From NCBI GenBank assembly GCA_051453625.1, contig JBOZIK010000001.1:31866655-31899861 (forward strand): DNA of 33,207 bases, written 5' to 3'. The notes beneath the pieces are model-generated. The model was not told the DNA's origin and searched no databases. It was given only the letters and a program-made list of their open reading frames with translations. The translations under genes and the position numbers were made by a program. How positions within the stretch are numbered: the first letter of the stretch is position 1; the number at the start of each line of letters is the position of its first letter. The DNA is from Welwitschia mirabilis. Taxonomy: Eukaryota. Below are positions 23,233 through 33,207 of the stretch, piece by piece.

Positions 23233-24235
23233 TACTAAAGGCCCTTTCTAGGAAAAATTACCTTAGTGTACTTTCTCAAGCATTCCTTTAGATGAAGTTA
23301 AGATTAAAATTCTTCACAATATCTCATCTTCATGAATTCTATGCTAAAAAATAGTGATTTATATTTCTTAATTTCTCTAAAAGACACATTTCTTTATTAT
23401 ATACTTTTAATCTACTAGCATTTTCTTTATACCCTTTGTTGAGGATAGGGAAGATAATTTCTAGGGATTTATTTTCTAATAATTTTTATTACTAATGCTT
23501 TCCTTAATTATTCTTTTAATTTTACCACTATTATTTTTAGTTTATTCATTTGTTTAATGATAATAGACTATAGCCATTTTGTAATCTACTCATAACCTAG
23601 AAAGAAGTCTAGGAAACACTTTTCTAGTAAATGAGTACCTCTATTAGAGATAAGAACTATAAGGGCTCCAACTCTATTAACTAACATCTTTATGAATAAA
23701 CTTAGTTGCTATTTTAGAGGTATAATCTTTAAGTAGTTCAATCTCTATTCATTTAGTTCAATAGTTAACATGTAATATAGTATATTTCTTCCTAGGTATT
23801 TAGTGTCTATGATTCTTATGAAATAAATACTCAAAATTCCAAAAGGTTCTATGCTACTAATCCAATTTAAAGTCTTTTTAGAGTTTTTACCTAAGTATCC
23901 TTCACTTCAACATTTATTACAATTTTAGTAAAGGATTGGAAATATTTAAAATATAAGGCAAGTAATATCTAGTTTGTATAACTATACTTATTTTTCCATG
24001 AAAATGTCCTTCATAATTATCTTCATGCATAGTTATAAAAATATCTAGCTAATAATGTTATTCTACATGTCTTCTGAATAGCTCAGCTAGTCCTATTCTA
24101 TATAAGATTCCTTGATTTCATAAATAGTTACTAGCTTCTCTAATTAAATTTTTATTTTCATGATAAAATAAGTTTCTAGGTAATTTCTAAATAGTTATAA
24201 TTTAGTTATATTACCAAATCAAATCCTTATATAAT
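23130..24235 (-). pseudogene. Highly decayed Ty3/gypsy integrase (Zn-binding, core and GPY/F regions)
   Basis: KLPRNLFYHENKNLIREASNYL*NQGILYRIG...MHEDNYEGHFHGK...CNKC (HHCC); IEPFGILSIYF (cf. FDVWGIDF); LISNRGTH (cf. IISDGGTHF); YH*TNE*TK (cf. YHPQTNGQ); YKGPYIL near 23210-23227. Confidence 0.85.
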
Positions 24236-24924
24236 TATTTAATAAGGCTTCATGGAAATTCTTATCTTATGTGGAATTGTTCTTCTTGCATAATATTATT
24301 TGTATAGCTATGTGAAACATTAGCAAGAGGTAAAAGAATCATCTCACATAGTTTAAAATATGTAAACTAGAAAGATAAGGTCTTTGAATCAGGATTTTAG
24401 TTTACAATATAAGGACAATAATAATAGAAAGTATGTATGAATTTTTCAACATTGGGAGTTTTCACTGATTAGCTGAATTATCTTTCATTAGATTAGATGG
24501 AACACATGTCTTTCTATCTTAGTTATTTAATAAGGTAGCGTTATAATAGAATTTTCTATATGTAAGAGATAGTTTCTATCTTAAATTTAATAAATATTCA
24601 TTTTTGTTTTCAACTAAGGTTTTTCTTAGTTTAATTATAAAATTTTATTTTCTTCTTTTAATATAAGAACAATCATGCTATATAACTCATAGGTTTAATT
24701 ATAAGTCATGGCATTTTATGATGTAATCATAGGTGTTATAAGGTTAAGTTAATCTCCTTGATAAATTCTTAGATACTTTATTCAATCTTAATTAGTAATG
24801 CACCATTATCAAAAGATAAGGTCCCTTATCAAAGAAGATTTACCTATTATGGCATTGGATTAATAGATAAACTTGTCTTTTTATACACATTTTTTTCTTA
24901 TTATGTAACTTGTATGCTTATCTC

Positions 24925-26892
24925 TTTTTTTTTTTTGAATGAAAGTTTTGAAATTTCATTGCTGTGACAGTAAAAGGTCCAATGCATACAAATACCCTAA
25001 AGATCATAACAGGGCTAAAAACATCTAGAATTCAAAAAAATATAGCCCATCATTTAAACAAACATTTGAATATTAAGTAGATAGCCCTCTAGACAATCTA
25101 AGGGTAATATAACTTCATATAAACCAAACAGCAAAGAAAAAGAAAAAACTGGAGAAAGATATACAGGATATATCTAAAAAATCCTGATAATAACCTTGGA
25201 AAACAAGGGGACACGCATTTGCTTTTTCAGTGTAGTCACAGCTTATAACCCATTACACAATCCTATATCCACAAGAAGAATAGACGTCTTTTCAGGGAAG
25301 CCTAGCTGGGATTCTTGTTCTTCCTCTATTTTCTAGGAAGCCTACAGAAGTATGACAAATCAAACTTAGTGAAATAGTTAGGTCTCTGAAAAAATTCTAA
25401 GAATTGATACAAACTTCACTCAGAAGCATGATCAGTACACTTGCTCTATGTCTTGTGAATAAAGCCTTGAAATGGATGCTCAAAGAAGCATTAGCCTTAT
25501 ACCGTGGCCTTGACAAAACAAAATTAATGAGGGTGACTCTGCTCTCTTCAATGGGATCTCTATGTAAAGGAAATCCTTGATCATTGAATCTTGCAAACTT
25601 TGAACAATCATCCTATGGACATCCTCTACCCTCTGCAAATAGGTTTGAATACTTGCAATGTTACCTTAAGAAAATGGAATGGCAAGAAAGGCATACATTA
25701 TATCATCAAACAAACTCTGCCCACCCAGAGAAGCTGGGGTGTGTATCCTCTTGGCCTAAAGGAGACTTTTACTTCTAGACCCTAGATGACACAATAACTT
25801 GTAAAGAAACAATCATCAAAGAATGAAAAGGGGTTTCCAAACAATAGTCATAGAGGACGATCTATGACTTTGAGCTTTCTCATTCAATTCCAGCTGGCAC
25901 ATACCTTTCATGTAAAATCTTTTCTATAAATAAACAGAATAAATTAAAAAGTAGAAATTATAAGGTTCTACCTAGAAGAAGTGGAGAAAGCCCCACTGAT
26001 TGGAGCCAAACTCTATTATTCTTCATATTTTTAAGCTATTGGATTGACAACAATCTAATAGACAAATGGAAATTAATCTCTTTGATAATCTAGAAAAATT
26101 AGAAGTTATTTTGCTTAAATATTTTTTCATTCCTGGCTTTCTAAATATGATAGACGTACACTATAATAATAAATTTTAGGAGTGCATGCTAAGTGGTCTT
26201 GGACCATGCTTTCTTTTTAGCCAGATGCAGACCTTCCTCCAAGAAAACTTTGACATGCTTACATCAACTAGATTTAAAGATGTCCTAAGGAGGAAGTCAC
26301 ACAGAGAACATTCAAAAAAAAGGTAATTCCTGGACTCACCTATCATGCTACAAAAGACACAGTTTGGATTAATATGCATCCCCATCTTAGAAAGCCTATT
26401 CTTGGTGAAAAGTATATTATTGCAAGTAAACCAAGAAATGAAAGAGAATTTTGGGATAGCAAAACAGTTTCAGATAAGTTCATACCATTCACTCTTTTGG
26501 TCTTTCCCACAAAGAAATTAATATACTAAATCTGTGGAAAAAGGATTACCCAGAATTTTCCAAACTAGAGAATCAGGTGTAATCCTCACATAACCCTCTA
26601 GAAGAGGTTTAAGTTTAAGGATCTTTTTTATAATCCACAAACTGCTTTGTTTAACCTGATAATTCCAGATATCTACCTCTTTAAAATAGAATTTATTGCA
26701 CCACTTTACCCATGAAGAATCTTTCTTATGAGCAATGTTCCATAATTGTGAGGCCACTAAAGCTTTATTCATCACTATGGAGTCTACAAAACCAAGACCC
26801 ACTACCTTTTTTGATTTTGCCAAACTATGCTAATCAACTAGAGCTTTTTTTTATCGTTCTAGGTTCCCTATCCATAGAAAACATCTACATAA
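24925..26892 (-). mobile_element. 5'-truncated L1-clade LINE with poly(A) tail
   Basis: T12 at 24925-24936, ORF2 C-terminus on the minus strand, and a clean interruption of the duplicated block relative to copy 1. A TSD, if present, is imperfect (TATCTC/TATTC). Confidence 0.92.
25960..26892 (-). pseudogene. LINE ORF2 C-terminus including the zf-RVT zinc-binding region
   Basis: LCRCFLWIG...KKALVD*HSLAKSKKVVGLGF...NKALVASQLWNIAHKKDSSWVKW; PKFSFISWFTCNNILFTKNRL...CVFCSMIGESRNYLFFEC; VYHI*KARNEKIF. Confidence 0.92.
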
Positions 26893-27029
26893 TATTCTAT
26901 TATAATACCTTCACATGTTTAAGAGACATAAGAAATAAATAGTATTATAGATTAAAATATTATTTAATGCTTTATTGTCAATATATATGGTCCTTTATAT
27001 CAATGAAAAACTTTACTTCTGATGGATTT

Positions 27030-28286
27030 TATTGTGATGCGTGTTTGTGTAAAATATTATGCTCTTAAGAAGATCCTATGATTTATAGATAAATATATAT
27101 TTTTCATAACACAATATACTATTATAGATGGGAGTAATCTAAATACCATATTCTCATTAAAGGCATAAGTAAGAAGAAAGAGAATTGATTTTAAGAATGA
27201 AACTCTTACATATCTTTACAGTAGAAATAAAGAACAATGCAAAAATTGATAATGCAAACACACTTATGTAAATGAATGCAATTCTAAACTAAGTACAAAT
27301 TTTGTCTAATTACTAGATCAACCTATTATAGAGATTGATCCTATATAATCTAGATCAATCAAAAAATATCATTATTAAATTGAGACTAACCTAAGCTATC
27401 AGGTATGTCAAACAAAATATAAAACTATGCAAAGTTAATATAAGAAAGAAATACGATGCACCTAAACTAATAATGCTCAATCTTAACAAAGATTTCCCTC
27501 ATAATCTACATCACTAAATAAGCTATGATGAAATCAAAAGCAATATGAACTATAAGGAAAATGCATAAAATAAGTATATGAAAATAGAAAAGAGTTATTC
27601 GAACCAACATTTATGTTGTAAAGTAGCAGTATCTCAATGGAGGATACATAGCCCAACAATAAGAAAGATGTCTCTTCACAACAATAAGGATGGATATCTA
27701 GCCCTTCGATCTTATATCATGAGGATTTTCAATGCAAATGAAGATAAGATGGAGTTAATGGTGGAGTTGATATTTATTAAGAAAAATAGACTCACAAATA
27801 ATTAACACTAATAAGCATAGGCAAAAATTCTAACAACCACGCAAGAAATAAAGAGACAAATGGCCAAAGATAGGTGAAGTTTTGTAAACCATTATTTTAG
27901 ATGTCATCTTACTGATCATCTAGATAATATAAGAGATGATACCACCTCATAAGAATTCTCCATCATTTGTCAAATTAATTCTAGTCAGCATCCTTATTGT
28001 CTTTATTTATTATTTTGTCCATATAGTCATCTGGATTCTAAGGTGGATGATAGGATTTTTATAAGTGATCATGTAATGCGTTATTCTTAATGTTTGCAAG
28101 AATTTTACTTCAAATAGAAAATATTGTAAACTACTTCAAATGTTACAAAATGTAATGAAAATTACATGTTTTTCAATCATTTATCTTATCTCTTTATTAT
28201 CATATAAATCTAACATAAACCTATTCAATACCCTATAGAACTACTCAAAATACCCTATCAAATACATACAAGTTGGCAACACAACA
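27030..28286 (-). repeat. 3' LTR of element 3
   Basis: TATTGTGATGCGTG... is alignable to the 4737/13678 LTR ends (shared GGGAGTAA block). Ends GCAACACAACA, followed by TAGCCTTCCACTTAGCC (PPT on the minus strand). Confidence 0.85.
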
Positions 28287-28849
28287 TAGCCTTCCACTTA
28301 GCCTTATTAGTTCCTAATAAAACTAGTTAGTTAGTTATGATTATGAACTAACTTAAGCAATAATAAAAACAACTAAGGCATTGAAAAAAATCATCTCAAA
28401 AAGAATTTAAAAAATCTCAGTGATGCATATAGAATTGTTAAAAACAAGAAACTAAACATATCACCTATTTAAGATACTGATCATCATCCAAATTGTCATC
28501 TACATGATATGAACATGATGAGCTCAAAAACTATTCTTAGAAAACAGAAACCTATGATAAAAATTTTTACATAGATAATTAATAAATACACTAATAATTA
28601 ATAGACCCTTACTAAAATGTATAATAAATAAGGAAATTGATCATAGGAAATATAATCAATCCTTATTGGGAAATGTAAAAATAATATATGAAAAGAAAAT
28701 AAGCATGAAAATCAAAGAAATGTATATCATGCTCAAACTCAAAATAAGATGTATATATATAAAGCATGATTTTTAAGTATAAAATATATAAAGGGGAAGA
28801 TGCAAAATATGATATAATAAATCACTCCCTTGGTTACCTCATGATAAAC

Positions 28850-29975
28850 TTAGAATGGATAGTAAGCTGAGGTGTAGAAGAAGAAGAAGGAGGGTGCTCA
28901 TGATCTTCAGGGAAATGGAGATTCAACTGTATGAAAATAGATCAGATTATCTCATATTCCTATAATCAAATGACCTCTAGAAGGTCAACTATCACACTTT
29001 GCTTAATAGATATAACATAATAACATAAGTCCACCAGCTAGTCCTTAGAGTGCTAAACTCTCCTCTCAACTATCTAGTTCCTCTTCTCAAGTGTCTAGAT
29101 CCTCTAATTAAGCATCAAGATACCCCTATCAATGAAATCCCTGATGGTCTTAGTGGTCTCTACCAGAAGGGACTAAATATGAGTAAGGCACTGCTCACTC
29201 ATAGGCTCTGGTATCTCAACCCATCAAAACATGGTTGAGAGGAGGTATGGATATTCTAGAGTATGTAACTCTCATGCCTTAACCATGGACATAAGTCTCT
29301 TCCATATAAAAGTAGGTAAGTCCATCTTCTTGCATTGCCTAAATGCTGCCAATATCTATAGATGTGCTACCATGGCATAAATACCATGAAGATTTGGATT
29401 GATGTTATTAATTAGCCATCTTTGTAAAACTTTGTAGGTAGGAATCAATTGCATTACAAGAATAACTCATGTATCCAATGTCAATTTGCTGGAATTTCTA
29501 ATGTTGTATCATGTGTATAACACTCCTTGGTCCCACTAGTAGAATGTATATGTAGACTTCCAATACCAACTTAATCTATTATAATTACAATGTAGTTTGG
29601 GAGAACTACAATCTCGTGGTCTCGAATTGAAGCTATAGTCATATCCACTGGGTAACGATGGAAATCATGATGACATTTCTATATATACATGGTGTCATAG
29701 AACTCTTTGGTCTTTGAAATATAATATCCTCCATGCACATCCAAAATATACTGGAGTTGTAGAACAGTGAACCTCTGATCGACTTCTAGCTCCAACTAGC
29801 TCATAAAATCTCTGAAATGTCTTGACATGNNNNNNNNNNNNNNNNNNNNNNNNTAATCCTCTGTGTTGAGATAAGGAATGCCTGAGTTCCACAAGCTCTA
29901 CCTCTGATGGTACTAATGGATTTACCTCATACTCTATAGTTTTTAGCCTCTACCTCAGCCTATCTAGCTTTATAT
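28850..29975 (-). pseudogene. Decayed Athila ORF2 / env-like protein
   Basis: Located between integrase and the PPT. Basic N-terminus (RGKSISTIRGRA), YYISKTKEFYDTM (cf. YP.LVREFYAN), SIRDHEIVVLP (cf. VRG..I...P) and LLYGRDL (cf. LPYG..LT). Boundaries approximate. Confidence 0.7.
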
Positions 29976-30186
29976 GTATGAGGCCTACTCAAAAATATGT
30001 AAAATGTTACATGAAATCTAGAAAACATGGCTAAAATACATCATGTGGATGTTCAAAATGACCCCTAAAATTGATTTAAAAAATTATTAAAATACATCCT
30101 ACACTCTCTAAAAGTTCCAGTGCATTCCATATTACCTAGTCATGAGGAAAAAAATTTGAAACATGTGAAAAGTATAAAAATAGTGG

Positions 30187-30231
30187 TTTTTTTTTTCTTT
30201 CTTTCTTTTTTTTTTTTTTTTTTTTTTTTTT
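30187..30231. repeat. Poly(T)/CTTT low-complexity tract including T26
   Basis: Read directly from the sequence. Confidence 0.9.
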
Positions 30232-32304
30232 GTGACCTGCATAAGGTAAAAATTCAAAGTGCTTAAATGAAAAATATAATCTACTAGAAATGTAAAATAC
30301 ATTGAGATAGTAAATTTACCTTAAAGGACCATATATTTCAACTTATGATTTGTGAGAAATCAAGTGTAAAAGATAAAAACCTAAGTTTATCTCATAAAAT
30401 GCACAAATGATCATATCTTTCAAAATATATGGTAAAAATAAGATCCGTAAGTTTCTAATGTAAAGCATGAAAAAGTGATCAACATACATGAAAACTATGC
30501 ATAAAAAGGCTAAGAAATGAAATAAAAAAATTTAAAAAGCTGAGGAAGAGAAAAATATACTTCATTTTTGAAAAATAACTAAAATATGAAAAACCAGTAA
30601 GTGAGCTTGGCTAGGATAAGTTTCAACACAATAGCAATGATTAGGAGGACTATCATCTATTGAAGGATTAGATGTAAATGATAGAGAAATAAATAAAAAT
30701 GAGGAAAAAAAAGTTAGGCTATGATTTGATCACACTATTATTTGATCATGTCATGTAGACAATAGCCATCTGCCTATGTTATCTAGATGACAAGGTGAAC
30801 AATGGGACTTTAAAATTTTTCTTTAAAATTAAGATGTTAGCCAAGTAAGTTAGGCTTAGATATTATTATGAAGGTAATAAAATTTATTAAAAAGCTTGGA
30901 AAAAGTAAAAATAATGAAAAGCCATGATAAATTAGGATGATAAAGAAAACCTTTAAAATAATTAAAAAATAGTATTGATCAAAACATACTAACTAGGTTG
31001 AAATCTGAAAATGAAATTAAATGAATGTGTTCTAACTAAACAAAGAAACAAGAGAAAGTATAGAATTCCAAAAGATACAAGGAATCTCATGAAAAATATT
31101 AAGCATAAAATATTATCTATTTAAATTAAATACTAAAAAAAATAATATGTTATGAATTAATAACAAGAAAACTAATAAATCATAAGGTCCTATGTGAAGA
31201 TGAGAAAATTTAAAAATGACTTTAAAATGACAAACTAAAAAACATGGAAATGATTACTTACCTATCTTAAATTATAACCTATCAAATCCTCATGGAAAAC
31301 ATTATAAGTCTACCTAAGTTAAAATGCATGACAAAATGTATCTACTTTATAAAGTCTCACTTAAAATGGTAGTAAATATGATGATACCAAAAAGAAATAA
31401 AGTGCTTAGAATAATGAGTAATAATATCAAAAGTTACTAAAAAATAAACTTACCTACTCAAACCCTAAAAACGTGCCCAAATCTTCAAAACTGAAATGGT
31501 CATATGGGAATATGAAGAGTTTAGAAAATGGGTAATGCATCTGATAATACCAAGAACATCATTGATTCCATAGCCTCAAAGTTTATTACAACTTTTCCAT
31601 GATGTGGTTAGTGCAATCATAGTCAAAGAAGTAAGGAACTACAAAGCAATGCCAACTAATTTCTCAATGGAGTTTCCACAACTATCAACACTGCTAAATG
31701 TTCTTTTTGGAAAAATTTACCCTAGTATGGTAGGATATCATAGTGATCATGTATTTGATTAAGCATAAATATAATATATCATAGTCATTATTTTATATTT
31801 TTTTGATAATAAATCTTTTCCAAATAATTCTCACATGATCACACACTTAAAAAGATGAAGGTAAATAAGTGAGATAAAAGATAGAAAAGAACATACCTAA
31901 ACAACTAANNNNNNNNNNNNNNNNNNNNNNNNNNNNNNNNNNNNNNNNNNNNNNNNNNNNNNNNNNNNNNNNNNNNNNNNNNNNNNNNNNNNNNNNNNNN
32001 NNNNNNNNCACATGATCACACACTTAAAAAGATGAAGGTAAATAAGTGAGATAAAAGATAGAAAAGAACATACCTAAACAACTAAAGATCTTATACCATT
32101 AAAAAAAAAGCACAATAACTAAATAATCTTCCTTTAAATTGAATTTTGTATACATAGGAATGTCTTAGGATTGGGTGAATCCAATCTTATTACTATAAAA
32201 TTCCGAAGTATAAATACTAGTCATGAAACTTCATAAAACAACACATAAGTCAATTTTAAGAGATGATCAAGTGATATCACAAGATCCACTAAAAAAAAAA
32301 AAAC

Positions 32305-33207
32305 TAAGGAAGAATTAAGACAATAATAGGATGAAAGTCCTCTTTATCAAGGGAAACCTCCAAAACAAGTGCTTCTACCATGTTAAAGGTTGCATCAAAA
32401 AAAAATTTGTATAGTTTTAATCTTTATCCATTAAAGTTTTGAATCTCCTTAATTTCTAAGTTAAAAATCTCAATAGATTTATTATAATACACTTTATCTA
32501 TAAGAACCTAACCATTTAGAGGTTAACTTGTTATTTAAAATATTTATTCTAGTATTGTATAAAAGAACAAATTGACCAAGTTCAAACTTTTTGTGAAGTA
32601 ACTTTTTATCATTTTTGAACTTAGCTTGGGCTTTGTAGATTAATTGATGATGTATAACATGAGTCTATTTTTCATCAAGATGATCTAATTGGGCTAATCT
32701 ATGTTTATGATTCCCATGAAGGTCTAGAAGATTAAGTTGATAAGAAGCACAATAAAAGTTATAGCACACACTAAGAGGTAAAACATAAACTTTTTCATAT
32801 GTAAGTTTATAAGGTAAAAAACTAAGAGAATTATATCACATAGTACAATTAACCTTAGAAGCCCAAGATTTTTTATTAACAGAGACAAGTTTTTGTAGTA
32901 TTTTCTTAATTTCCTTGTTTGCATTTTTATCTTGACCATTGGTTTAGAAATGAGAAGTACAAACTACTCTAGGTTATATTCCAATGGATAAAAGAAATTT
33001 TTTAAAAAATTGATTTATAAACTAAATTTCTTGATCACTAATGATAATCCTAAGAAAATAAGAACATTGAAAAATATGAGTTCTAAGAAAAGTACAAATA
33101 GTTTAGACATCATTCATAAAAGTAAGAATAGCTTCAACTCATTTATTAAATTATCTACAACCACTAAAATGTAATTCTTATCATTCAAATATGGGTGAAT
33201 AGGGCCT
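32305..33207 (-). pseudogene. Decayed Athila integrase core and C-terminus
   Basis: GPIHPYLNDKNYILVVVDN..VEAI; IIISDQ; TNGQDKNANKEIKKILQKLV..NKKSW; RLAQLDHLDE; KKFELGQFVLLYNTRI..KLTSKWLGSY; FNG*RLKLY. Colinear with the Athila integrase consensus. Confidence 0.92.

Larger units (their letters stand above)
24288..27005. repeat. Copy 2 of the duplication, split by the LINE insertion
   Basis: GCATAATAT..TTGTATAGCTATGTG start shared with 22491. Homology stops at 24924 and resumes at 26897 (CTATTATAATACCTT). Confidence 0.9.
27030..33207 (-). mobile_element. Athila-like Ty3/gypsy element 3, 3' half (integrase, env-like ORF, PPT, 3' LTR), related to element 2
   Basis: LTR end homologous to the element 2 LTRs and the same PPT. 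Internal blocks 31480-31595 and 32050-32320 are homologous to 6625-6741 and 7600-7857. Confidence 0.9.

Noticed and set aside
30187..30231. Poly(T) as the tail of a SINE or retrocopy
   Set aside because: No TSD or Pol III boxes seen; it lies in the A/T-rich spacer of element 3.
31832..32085. ~77-bp identical repeat around gap 31909-32008
   Set aside because: 100-N overlap artefact.
32724..32939. Hydrophobic 71-aa ORF as a membrane protein
   Set aside because: It is an alternative frame of the decayed integrase.

Overview
This is very AT-rich, CpG-poor plant (angiosperm) heterochromatin from a gapped draft assembly. It consists almost entirely of nested, decayed retrotransposons. I found no intact host gene, RNA gene or CRISPR array, and most ORFs in the supplied track are N-gap artefacts or short pieces of decayed TE reading frames. 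From left to right: (1) the 3' end of a Ty1/copia Sirevirus (RNase H, PPTs, 3' LTR; 1-2647, +), inserted into (2) an Athila-like Ty3/gypsy element (minus strand; protease/gag plus 5' LTR; 2648-16551). (3) A related two-LTR Athila-like element (4737-14738, minus, TSD CTCTA/CTTTA) splits the gag of (2) and shows only gag-protease. (4) A plus-strand LTR-element remnant carries a ~2.7 kb decayed ORF I cannot assign, just before a PPT and putative LTR (to ~22359). (5) An old minus-strand gypsy integrase has a duplicated C-terminal/downstream block, and one copy is interrupted by (6) a 5'-truncated L1 LINE (24925-26892). (7) The 3' half of another Athila-like element (integrase, env-like ORF, PPT, 3' LTR; 27030-33207, minus) ends the window. 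I cannot support a genuinely new biological system. The best leads are the unassigned large ORF, the apparently non-autonomous gag-protease element whose protease lacks the catalytic Asp, and a dispersed ~40 bp hairpin motif. All protein assignments are manual motif recognition, not database searches.
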